Shown here: positions 36,007 through 44,873 of the stretch, one piece after another
How positions within the stretch are numbered: position 1 is the stretch's first letter
Layout of the letters: each line of letters starts with the position of its first letter
From: Myxococcota bacterium
Lineage (GTDB): Bacteria > Myxococcota_A > UBA9160 > SMWR01
Length of the DNA stretch: 64,000 nucleotides
Reading direction: 5' to 3'
Assembly: GCA_036560145.1 (NCBI GenBank)
Contig: DATBRV010000062.1
Span: forward strand, 108,703-172,702
The notes under the pieces: model-generated
Seen by the model: only the letters and a program-made list of their open reading frames with translations
Database searches by the model: none
Told to the model about the DNA's origin: nothing
Program-made: the position numbers and the translations under genes

Positions 36007-37248
36007 ATGAACGCGCGTGGCGCCGTCGTCTCGTCGCTGGCGCTGCCCGCCGGCGAAGGCCTCGAACGACACGTCGGCGAGTGGCGCCGCCTCGCAGCCG
36101 CCGCGCTCGAGCCCAATCCGTTCTACGAGCCGGCGCTGCTGCTGCCGGCATTGCGTTCGCTGCGCGGCGACGCGCAGGTCGAGGTGGTGCTCGTCTTCCG
36201 GCAGGATCCCGGCGCGGGCTCGCCGGCGCGCCTGATCGGCTTGTTCCCGCTCGAGCGGATCGCGCGCTACCGCGGCGTTCCAATCGCGTGCTTCCAGCTC
36301 TGGAAGCACCTGCACTGCTTCCTGTGCACGCCGCTGGTCGACGCCGAGCACGCGTCCGAGAGCCTCGCCGGGCTCTTCGAGTGGCTGCGCGGCCCCTCCG
36401 GCGCTCCGCTCGTCGAGCTCGGCTTCAGCGCGGGGGACGGCGCCTGGGCCGACGCGCTCGCGGCCTTCCTGCGCGAGAGCCGCCGCCACGCCGCGGTGGC
36501 GGATTCGTTCTCGCGCGCCTGCTTCCGCCCGGCCGCCGACTTCAAGACCTACCTCGCGGCGGCCTTCCCGCGTCAGAAGCGCAAGGAGTTCGCCCGCCTC
36601 GAGCGGCGCCTGGCCGAGAGCGGGAAGCTCGAGTTCTCCGAGCTCCGCCCGGGCGAGGATCCGCTCCCCTGGATCGACGCGTTCCTCGCGCTCGAGGCCT
36701 CCGGCTGGAAGGGCCGGGACGGCACCGCGATCGCGGCCGACCCGGCTCAGCGCGGGTTCTTCCGGGAGGGCGCCGCCGCGCTCGCCGACGACGGACGCCT
36801 GTGGATGCTCGGTCTCTCGCTCGATGGCCGCTGGATCGCGCTCAAATGCAACTTTCTCGCCGGCCACGGGACTTTCGCGTTCAAGATCGCCTATGACGAG
36901 AAGTACGCCCGCTTCTCGCCCGGCGTGCTGCTCGAGATCGAGGCGCTCACGCGCCTGCACCAGCGGCCGCAGATCCAGTGGATGGATTCCTGCGCCGTCG
37001 CCGACCACTTCATGGCCAACCGCCTGTGGACCAGCCGGCGCGAGATCACCACACAGCTGATCGCGAGCGGCACGACGAGCGGGCGGTTCTTCGTGCGCGC
37101 TATGCCCTTCCTTCAGCGTGCACGAGGTATTCTGACCCGCCTGAAGCGAGGCCGGGCCACGGCTCCGGCGCTCGCAGCGGAAGCGGACTCCGGCTCGGGC
37201 GAGACGCCCGAGCGTGCTACTCATTTGCCCTCGCCAGGAGCCCCCTAG
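36007..37248 (+). CDS. GNAT-fold acetyltransferase of the CelD/BcsL-like (FemAB-like) type
   Basis: GGGAGGG Shine-Dalgarno. N-terminal EWRRLAAAALEPNPFYEPALLLPAL and C-terminal FKIAYDEKYARFSPGVLL are typical of this family. Confidence 0.65.
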   Translation: MNARGAVVSSLALPAGEGLERHVGEWRRLAAAALEPNPFYEPALLLPALRSLRGDAQVEVVLVFRQDPGAGSPARLIGLFPLERIARYRGVPIACFQLWKHLHCFLCTPLVDAEHASESLAGLFEWLRGPSGAPLVELGFSAGDGAWADALAAFLRESRRHAAVADSFSRACFRPAADFKTYLAAAFPRQKRKEFARLERRLAESGKLEFSELRPGEDPLPWIDAFLALEASGWKGRDGTAIAADPAQRGFFREGAAALADDGRLWMLGLSLDGRWIALKCNFLAGHGTFAFKIAYDEKYARFSPGVLLEIEALTRLHQRPQIQWMDSCAVADHFMANRLWTSRREITTQLIASGTTSGRFFVRAMPFLQRARGILTRLKRGRATAPALAAEADSGSGETPERATHLPSPGAP

Positions 37249-38414
37249 TGTCGAACCGCAAGCCCCCGACCCTCCTTTCCTTGCTGCTCGCCGTCCTGCT
37301 CGCCGCCTGCGGCACGGACGACGTCAGCCTGGCGCCGCCGCCCGAAGTCGTGGTGGCGACCGTCGAGAAGCAGGACGTCGAGATCTTCTCGGAGTGGGTC
37401 GGCACCACCACCGGCTACGTGAACGCCCAGATCTATCCCAAGATCCAGGGATACCTGCTCAAGCAGGCCTACCGCGACGGCGGGGTCGTGCAGGCAGGCG
37501 ACCTGCTCTTCGAGATCGACCCTCGCCAGTTCCAGGCGACCCTCGACGAGGCGACCGGCCAGCTCGCCCGTGCGCGCGCCGCGCTCGGCAAGTACGAGCT
37601 GGACGTCGCGCGCTACACCCCGCTCGCGGCCGAAGGCGCCGTCAGCCAGCAGGAGCTCGACAACGCCGTGCAGGCGCGCTCGGGCAGCGCGGCGCAGGTG
37701 GACTCCGCGCGCGCCGCCGTCGAGCAGGCGCGGCTCAATCTCCAATGGACGCAGGTGAAATCGCCGCTCACCGGGGTGGCGGGGATCGCCAGCGCCCAGG
37801 TCGGCGATCTCGTCAGCCCCCAGACGCTGCTCACCAGCGTCTCGCAGCTCGACCCCATCAAGGTCACCTTCCCGGTCAGCGAGATCGACTACCTGCGCTT
37901 CGCCCAGCGAGTCCGGGAGCTGGACGAATCGCCGCAGCAGGAGCAGCCGGCCAACCTCCAGCTGATCCTCGCCAACGGCGAGCGCTATCCCGAGCCCGGC
38001 CGCCTCAGCGTCGCGGGCCTCGAGGTCACCACCACCACCGGCACCATCGACGTGCAGGGCGTCTTTCCGAACCCGAACAACCTGCTGCGTCCGGGGCAGT
38101 TCGCGAAGGTCCGCGCGGTGACCGAGCGCCTGCCGGGCGCGCTCGTGATTCCCCAGCGGGCCGTGCGCGACCTCCAGGGCTTGAGCCAGGTCGCCGTCGT
38201 GGGCGCGGAGGACAAGGTGGCCTTCAAGAACGTGCAGCTCGGCTCCGCGAGCGGCAGCGACTACGTCGTCACCGCAGGGCTCGCGGCGGGCGAGCGCGTG
38301 GTCGTCGAGGGGCTTCAGAAGATCCGCGACGGCGTCGTCGTGAAGCCGGTGACCCCGGCCGCGAAGGAAGCCGCCGCGGCGGCCCCCCCGACCCCGGCGA
38401 ATCCCGAGAAGTAG
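37248..38414 (+). CDS. RND efflux periplasmic adaptor (membrane fusion protein)
   Basis: GTG 37248 overlaps the upstream TAG by 1 nt. Lipobox LLAACG. Motifs include LFEIDPRQFQA and coiled-coil plus barrel regions. Confidence 0.85.
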   Translation: MSNRKPPTLLSLLLAVLLAACGTDDVSLAPPPEVVVATVEKQDVEIFSEWVGTTTGYVNAQIYPKIQGYLLKQAYRDGGVVQAGDLLFEIDPRQFQATLDEATGQLARARAALGKYELDVARYTPLAAEGAVSQQELDNAVQARSGSAAQVDSARAAVEQARLNLQWTQVKSPLTGVAGIASAQVGDLVSPQTLLTSVSQLDPIKVTFPVSEIDYLRFAQRVRELDESPQQEQPANLQLILANGERYPEPGRLSVAGLEVTTTTGTIDVQGVFPNPNNLLRPGQFAKVRAVTERLPGALVIPQRAVRDLQGLSQVAVVGAEDKVAFKNVQLGSASGSDYVVTAGLAAGERVVVEGLQKIRDGVVVKPVTPAAKEAAAAAPPTPANPEK

Positions 38415-38417
38415 TCG

Positions 38418-41400
38418 ATGTCCCGATTCTTCATCGACCGCCCGATCGTGGCGATCGTGATCGCGATCCTCACGGTCGTCGGCGGCCTGGTGATGCTCCA
38501 GCGCCTGCCGATCGCGCAGTACCCGGACATCGTGCCTCCGGTCATCGAGATCAAGGCCACCTACACCGGCGCCGACGCCATCACGGTCGAGCAGTCGGTC
38601 GCCACGCCGATCGAGCAGCAGGTCAACGGCGTTCAAGGCATGATCTACCTGAAGTCCATCAACGGCAGCGACGGCACCTTGACGCTGCAGGTGAGCTTCG
38701 ACGTCGGCACCGACGTCAACCTCGACCAGGTCTTCGCGCAGAACCGGCTCTCCCAGGCGACCTCGCAGCTGCCGCCCAGCGTCAACAGCTACGGCGTCAC
38801 GGTGCAGCAGACCGTCGGCCTCCCGCTGCTGGTGATCCCGATCTTCTCTCCGGACGGCACCTACACCGCGAGCTTCCTGGGCAATTACGCCACCATCAAC
38901 GTCACCGACGCCCTGGCGCGGGTCCCCGGCGTGGGCCAGGTCAAGCTGTTCGGGACCTCCGACTACGCCATGCGGATCTGGGTGCGGCCAGACACGCTCG
39001 CCAAGCTCCAGCTCACCGTCACCGATCTGCTGAACGCCGTGCAGGCGCAAAACATCGTCAACCCGGCCGGCATGATCGGCGCCGAGCCCGCGCCCGCGGG
39101 CCAGGAGTTCACCTACAGCGTCACCGCGCAGGGGCGGCTGGTGGAGGCCGAGCAGTTCGGCGAGATCATCGTGCGCGCCAATCCGGACGGCTCGCTGGTG
39201 CGGCTGCGCGACGTGGCGCGGATCGATCTCGGCTCCCTCAACTACATGCAGATCGGCCGCTACCAGGGCAAGCCCGCCGCCGCGCTCGCCATCTACCAGG
39301 CGCCGGGCTCGAACGCCCTCGCCACCGGCAACGCGCTCAAGGAGCGGATGAAGGAGATCTCGCAGCGCTTCCCGACCGGCCTCGATTACGCCATCGCGCT
39401 GGATACCACGCTCCCCGTCAGCGAGGGCATCAACGAGATCATGCACACGCTGGTCGAGGCGATGGTGCTCGTGATCCTGGTGGTCTTCCTGTTCCTCCAG
39501 GGTTGGCGCGCGACGCTGATCCCGCTGATCGCCGTGCCCGTCTCGCTGATCGGCGCCTTCCTGGTCTTCCCAATGCTCGGCTTCTCGATCAACACCCTCT
39601 CCCTGCTCGGCCTGGTGCTCGCGATCGGGCTGGTGGTGGACGACGCCATCGTGGTGGTGGAGGCGGTCGAGGTGGGCATCGAGCACGGGCTCTCGCCCCG
39701 CGACGCCACCATCAAGGCGATGGACGAGGTTTCCGGGCCCGTGATCGGGATCGCGCTGATCCTGGCGGCGGTCTTCATCCCGGCGGGCTTCATGACCGGG
39801 ATCACCGGAAGCCTGTATCAGCAGTTCGCCATCACGATCGCGATCTCCGTGCTGATCTCCGCCTTCAACGCGCTCTCCCTCTCTCCGGCGCTCTCGGCCC
39901 TGCTGCTGCGGCCGAAGCAGCCGAGCTCGGGACCGATCGGGCGCTTCTTCGCCGCCTTCAACCGCTTCTTCGAGCGCGTCACGACCGGCTACGTGAACAT
40001 CTCGGCCGGCGCGATCAAGCGTGCGGCGCGGACCATGCTCCTGCTCGGGGGGCTCACCGTGATCGGCCTCGGGATCGGCCGCGTGCTCCCGACCTCCTTC
40101 GTCCCGAGCGAGGACCAGGGCTACTTCTTCCTCCAGGTCTCGCTGCCGGACGCGGCTTCCCTCCAGCGCACCGACGTGGTGGCGCGTGACATCGAAGGGA
40201 TCCTGGCAGAGACGCACGGCGTCCAGAGCTACACGACGATCGTCGGCTTCAGCCTGCTCGCGAACATCTCGGCTTCCTACAACGCCTTCTACTTCGTGCA
40301 GCTCGATCCGTGGGGGGAGCGCGGGGATCGCACGGCGGACGTGATCATGCACGAGCTCAACGGGCATCTGCGCGGGCTGCCGGGCGCCCAGGCCTTCGCG
40401 TTCCCTCCTCCTTCGATCCCCGGCATCGGAACCTCGGGCGGCTTCGACATGATGCTCCAGGACCGCAGCGGCCGGAGTGACGTCGCCTACCTGGCCGAGA
40501 ACGCGCAGCGCTTCATCGAAGCCGCCAACCAGCGGCCCGAGCTGAGCGGCGTCGTCAGCATGTTCCGGCCCAACGTCCCCCAGCTGTTCGCCGAGGTGAA
40601 CACCGACAAGGTCTTCAAGCTCGGCGTGAAGATCGAAGACGTCTATTCGGCATTGCAGGCGCTGCTCGGGTCGGCCTACGTGAACCTGTTCAACCGGTTC
40701 GGGCGGCAGTGGAAGGTGTTCCTCCAGGCGGAGCCGGAGTTCCGGGTCAAGGCCGAGGACATCGGACAGTTCTACGTGCGCAACCGCGACCAGCAGATGG
40801 TCCCGCTCTCCACCCTGGTGAAGGCGGAACCCTCCTTCGGGCCCGCCTACACCAACCGCTACAACCTGTTCCGCAGCGTCGAGGTGCTGGGGAATCCCGC
40901 CCCCGGCTACAGCTCGGATCAGGCGATGGCCGCGGCCGAAGAGGTCGCGCGCGAGGTGCTGCCCACCGACATGTCCTACGAGTGGACGGCGATGTCCTAT
41001 CAGGAGCAGAAGGCGGGCGGCAGCGCGGGCGTCTTCGCGCTCTCGCTCTTCTTCGTCTTCCTGATCCTGGCGGGCATGTACGAGAGCTGGTCGCTGCCCT
41101 GGAGCGTGCTGCTCACCACCCCCGTCGCCATCTTCGGCGCCTTCCTCGGCATCTGGATGCGCGGGCTCGACAACGACGTCTTCTCGCAGATCGGCCTGAT
41201 CATGCTGATCGGGCTGGTCGCGAAGAACGCGATCCTGATCGTCGAGTTCGCGAAGCTGGAGCTCGAGAAGGGCGAGAAGAGCCTGGTGGAGGCGACGCTC
41301 TACGGCGCCAAGCTGCGGCTGCGCCCGATCCTGATGACGAGCTTCGCCTTCATCCTCGGCTGCGTGCCGCTCTGGATCGCCTCGGGCTCCGGGGCGGTCT

Positions 41401-41573
41401 CGCGCCAGAGCATCGGCACCACCGTGGTGACCGGCATGCTGGCCGCCACCGCGATCGCGATCTTCATCGTGCCCGTGCTCTTCGTGCTGGTCGAGCGGAT
41501 CGCGAACCGGGGCGCGCACGGCGAGGCCGCGCCGCCGAAGGGAGCGCCGCCGGCGCCCGGAGCCCACCCCTGA
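38418..41573 (+). CDS. RND multidrug efflux transporter (AcrB/MexB family)
   Basis: 1051 aa. N-terminus MSRFFIDRPIVAIVIAILTVVGG. 12-TM architecture with two large periplasmic loops. Confidence 0.93.
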   Translation: MSRFFIDRPIVAIVIAILTVVGGLVMLQRLPIAQYPDIVPPVIEIKATYTGADAITVEQSVATPIEQQVNGVQGMIYLKSINGSDGTLTLQVSFDVGTDVNLDQVFAQNRLSQATSQLPPSVNSYGVTVQQTVGLPLLVIPIFSPDGTYTASFLGNYATINVTDALARVPGVGQVKLFGTSDYAMRIWVRPDTLAKLQLTVTDLLNAVQAQNIVNPAGMIGAEPAPAGQEFTYSVTAQGRLVEAEQFGEIIVRANPDGSLVRLRDVARIDLGSLNYMQIGRYQGKPAAALAIYQAPGSNALATGNALKERMKEISQRFPTGLDYAIALDTTLPVSEGINEIMHTLVEAMVLVILVVFLFLQGWRATLIPLIAVPVSLIGAFLVFPMLGFSINTLSLLGLVLAIGLVVDDAIVVVEAVEVGIEHGLSPRDATIKAMDEVSGPVIGIALILAAVFIPAGFMTGITGSLYQQFAITIAISVLISAFNALSLSPALSALLLRPKQPSSGPIGRFFAAFNRFFERVTTGYVNISAGAIKRAARTMLLLGGLTVIGLGIGRVLPTSFVPSEDQGYFFLQVSLPDAASLQRTDVVARDIEGILAETHGVQSYTTIVGFSLLANISASYNAFYFVQLDPWGERGDRTADVIMHELNGHLRGLPGAQAFAFPPPSIPGIGTSGGFDMMLQDRSGRSDVAYLAENAQRFIEAANQRPELSGVVSMFRPNVPQLFAEVNTDKVFKLGVKIEDVYSALQALLGSAYVNLFNRFGRQWKVFLQAEPEFRVKAEDIGQFYVRNRDQQMVPLSTLVKAEPSFGPAYTNRYNLFRSVEVLGNPAPGYSSDQAMAAAEEVAREVLPTDMSYEWTAMSYQEQKAGGSAGVFALSLFFVFLILAGMYESWSLPWSVLLTTPVAIFGAFLGIWMRGLDNDVFSQIGLIMLIGLVAKNAILIVEFAKLELEKGEKSLVEATLYGAKLRLRPILMTSFAFILGCVPLWIASGSGAVSRQSIGTTVVTGMLAATAIAIFIVPVLFVLVERIANRGAHGEAAPPKGAPPAPGAHP

Positions 41574-42988
41574 TGTCCGCTCGCAGGCTCGCCGCCGCGC
41601 TGCTCCTGCTCCCCTTCGCGTCGGCCTGCGCCGTCGGGCCGAACTACGTCCGTCCCGAGGTCGAATCGCCGGAGGACTACCGCGGCCACGTCGATGCGCC
41701 CGAAGCGGCCTCGATCGCCGACCTTCCCTGGTGGGAGGTGTTCGAGGACGAGGTCCTGCAACAGCTCGTCCTGGAGGCGTTGACCTCGAACTACGACCTG
41801 CAGATCGCCGTGCGGCGCGTGGAGCAGGCGAACGCGTTGGTGGGCGTGGCGCAGGCGCCCTTCTATCCGCAGGTCGGATACCAGGGCAGCGGGGGGAGGC
41901 AGCGGCAGCCCCAGTTCCAGGGCCAGTCCGCCGACACCTTCAGCTTCTTCTATGGCGCCTTCGCGCTGGCCTGGGAGATCGACGTCTGGGGGCGGATCCG
42001 CCGCTCGAACGAAGCGGCGCAGGAGGCGATGCTGGCGACGGAGGAGTTCCGCCGCGGCGTCCTGCTCTCGCTCGTGACCGGCGTGGCGCAGTCCTATCTC
42101 GAGCTGCTCGAGCTCGACCGCGAGCTCGAGATCGCGCACGAGACCGCCGTCTCGTTCCAGGAGACCCTCGACCTCTTCACGCGGCGCTACCAGGGCGGCG
42201 TCGGCGACAAGCTCCAGGTCGCGCGCGCCGAGGCGGCCCTGGCGCAGACGCTCGCGCAGATCCCGGATCTCGAGCGCCGGATCGTGGCGCAGGAGAACGC
42301 CATCAGCGTGCTGCTCGGCCGCAACCCGGGAGAGATCCCGCGCGGCCTCTCGCTCGCCGAGCGGCCGCCCCCGCCCCCCACGCCCCCTGGGCTTCCGTCC
42401 ACCCTGCTCGAGCGCCGCCCCGACGTGGTGGAGGCCGAGCACGTGATCGCGAGCGCAAATGCCGAGATCGGCGTCGCCGTCGCCAACTTTTTCCCGCGGA
42501 TCGGCCTCACCGCCCTGTACGGCGGCCAGAGCACCGAGCTCAAGGACATCGTGAAGGACAACTTCAACCTCTGGAACGTGGCCGGAAACGTCGCGGGTCC
42601 GCTCTTCCAGGGCTTCGAGCTGCTCGAGCAGTACCGCGCGCAGGTGGCGGGCTGGGAGGAGACCAAGGCGTTCTACAAGCAGACCGTGATCACGGCCTTC
42701 TCCGAGGTCTCGAACGTGCTCACGGCCCAGACCAAGTTCGCCGAGGCGCGCGCCGAGCAGGAGCGCGCCGTGCTCGCCTTCCAGGAATCCGTGCGGCTCT
42801 CGCTGCTCCGCTACAACTCGGGTCTGGCGGGCTACTTCGAGGTCCTGGATGCGCAGCAGCAGCTCTACCCGGCCGAGGTCGCGCTGGCCCAGGTCCAGCT
42901 GAACGAGCTCCTCACGGTCGTGACGCTCTACCGCGCGCTCGGCGGCGGCTGGCAGCTCGCGGACGACCAATGGACGCAGAAGCCCTAG
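41573..42988 (+). CDS. RND efflux outer-membrane factor lipoprotein (NodT family)
   Basis: TGATG overlap with the RND stop. Lipobox LPFASAC followed by AVGPNYVRPE. C-terminal LYRALGGGW. Confidence 0.88.
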   Translation: MSARRLAAALLLLPFASACAVGPNYVRPEVESPEDYRGHVDAPEAASIADLPWWEVFEDEVLQQLVLEALTSNYDLQIAVRRVEQANALVGVAQAPFYPQVGYQGSGGRQRQPQFQGQSADTFSFFYGAFALAWEIDVWGRIRRSNEAAQEAMLATEEFRRGVLLSLVTGVAQSYLELLELDRELEIAHETAVSFQETLDLFTRRYQGGVGDKLQVARAEAALAQTLAQIPDLERRIVAQENAISVLLGRNPGEIPRGLSLAERPPPPPTPPGLPSTLLERRPDVVEAEHVIASANAEIGVAVANFFPRIGLTALYGGQSTELKDIVKDNFNLWNVAGNVAGPLFQGFELLEQYRAQVAGWEETKAFYKQTVITAFSEVSNVLTAQTKFAEARAEQERAVLAFQESVRLSLLRYNSGLAGYFEVLDAQQQLYPAEVALAQVQLNELLTVVTLYRALGGGWQLADDQWTQKP

Positions 42989-44832
42989 CCGCCGGGCGCC
43001 GCAGCGCGGCCCTGCTCACCACCACGCTCCTCTGCTTCGGCGTCGCATGCGCGACTCCGGTGGGCGTCTCCCGGGTCGATCCCCGCGTCGTGCACCGCAC
43101 GCTGACCAGCAACGTGCTCTCGACGGGGGACCTGAGCAATCCGACGCTCAACGTGCTCTACCGGCGCGACCTCTCGGCCGCCTTCGAGAGCCAGCCCGAG
43201 GTCGTGCTCGCCGAGCTGCACGCGGCGGTCGCCGCCGGCCGCGGCGGCCGCGACGACGTCTTCGCGCTGGCCGAGCTCTCCTTCCGCCACGCGGCGCGCA
43301 CCCGGCAGCGGCACTACTTCCTGGCGTCGATGGTCTACGCCTACGCCTTCCTGTTCCCGGGGACCGGGCGCACGCCGGCGGATCCCTTCGACCCGCGCTT
43401 CCGCCTCGCCTGCGACCTCTACAACCGCGGCATCACCGAGGGCTTCGCCTCCGACGACGGCAAGCTCGTGGACCTGCGCGCCGGCCGCTACGCCCTTCCC
43501 TTCGGCGCGCTCGACGTCAGCTTCGATGAAGCCGAGCTGCGCTGGGGCAGCCGGCGCCTGGTGCGCCTGGTTCCGGTCGCGGATCTCGAGGTGCGCGGGA
43601 TGTGGGCCCGCTATCGCTGGCCGGGGATCGGCGCTCCGCTCGCGGCCAGTACCGAGCCGCTGGATCCCGAGCGCGGCTTCGAGGATTTCGTCCAGCCCTG
43701 GGTGAAGGTGCCGATCACCGCGGTGTTGCGGATCCAGGAGCCGCGCCAGGCGCTGGTGGCCGGCGAGGTGCGGGCGACGCTCGAGGTCGACGACGCCACC
43801 AGCCCCACCAGCGTCGAGATCGACGGGCGCAAGGTCCCGCTCGAGATCGAATCGACCGCGGCGCTCGCCTACACGCTCGCCGAGTCTCCGGTGTGGCAGC
43901 AGGAGATCAAGGGCTTCCTGCAAGGCGCCGGCGTGCTGGACGAGAAGACGCAGCTCGCCGCCCTCTCCCCGTACGAGCGCGGACGCATCCCCGTCGTGCT
44001 GGTGCACGGGACTGCCTCCAGCGCCGGCCGCTGGGCGCAGATGCTCAACGAGCTCGGCAACGACCCGCGGATCCGCGAGCACTACCAGTTCTGGCTGTTC
44101 AGCTACGACACCGGGAATCCCATCCTGTATTCGGCGATGCTGCTGCGAAGGTCCCTCCAGAGCGCGCTCGATCGCATGCAGCGGGACGGCCCCGACCCCG
44201 CACTCGACCGCATGGTCGTGATCGGACACAGCCAGGGCGGGCTGCTCGCCAAGCTCACGGCGATCGAGAGCGGCGACCGCTTCTGGCAGATCATCACGCG
44301 CCTGCCATTCGACAAGCTGGTGATGCCCGATCACACCCGCGAGCTGATCCAGGGCATGTCCTTCATCGAGCCGGTCCCATCGGTGCGCCGGGTGGTCTTC
44401 ATCGCCACGCCGCAGCACGGGAGCTACGTCGCCAACAACGTGATCGCACACTGGTTGACCCGCTTCGTCACACTGCCGATCGACGTCGTGCGCGCCGCCA
44501 GCGACGTGGTGACGCTCAACCGCGACGCCATCTCCCTCACCGCGATCGGGCAGCCCCCCACCAGCGTCGACAACATGCGCCCGGGAAACCGCTTCATCGA
44601 GACGCTCGCGGCGATCCCCGTGTCGCCCGGCGTCGCCTCGCATTCGATCATCGCCGTGCTCGGCGACGGCCCGTTCGAGGAGGGCGACGACGGGGTGGTC
44701 GAGTACCAGAGCGCCCACCTCGACGACACCGAATCCGAGCTGATCGTCCGCGATGCGCACTCCTGCCAGTCGAACCCCCACACCATCGAAGAAGTCCGCC
44801 GGATCCTGCTCGAGCACCTGAAGCCGGAGTGA
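42970..44832 (+). CDS. alpha/beta-hydrolase (lipase-like) lipoprotein
   Basis: ATG 42970 overlaps the OMF gene by 19 nt. Lipobox LLCFGVAC. VVLVHGTASSAGRW and the nucleophile elbow VVIGHSQGGL. Confidence 0.7.
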   Translation: MDAEALAAGRRSAALLTTTLLCFGVACATPVGVSRVDPRVVHRTLTSNVLSTGDLSNPTLNVLYRRDLSAAFESQPEVVLAELHAAVAAGRGGRDDVFALAELSFRHAARTRQRHYFLASMVYAYAFLFPGTGRTPADPFDPRFRLACDLYNRGITEGFASDDGKLVDLRAGRYALPFGALDVSFDEAELRWGSRRLVRLVPVADLEVRGMWARYRWPGIGAPLAASTEPLDPERGFEDFVQPWVKVPITAVLRIQEPRQALVAGEVRATLEVDDATSPTSVEIDGRKVPLEIESTAALAYTLAESPVWQQEIKGFLQGAGVLDEKTQLAALSPYERGRIPVVLVHGTASSAGRWAQMLNELGNDPRIREHYQFWLFSYDTGNPILYSAMLLRRSLQSALDRMQRDGPDPALDRMVVIGHSQGGLLAKLTAIESGDRFWQIITRLPFDKLVMPDHTRELIQGMSFIEPVPSVRRVVFIATPQHGSYVANNVIAHWLTRFVTLPIDVVRAASDVVTLNRDAISLTAIGQPPTSVDNMRPGNRFIETLAAIPVSPGVASHSIIAVLGDGPFEEGDDGVVEYQSAHLDDTESELIVRDAHSCQSNPHTIEEVRRILLEHLKPE

Positions 44833-44873
44833 CGCTTCAAGTCGGCCCGCGGGGAGGCCGATGAAGCTTCGGG

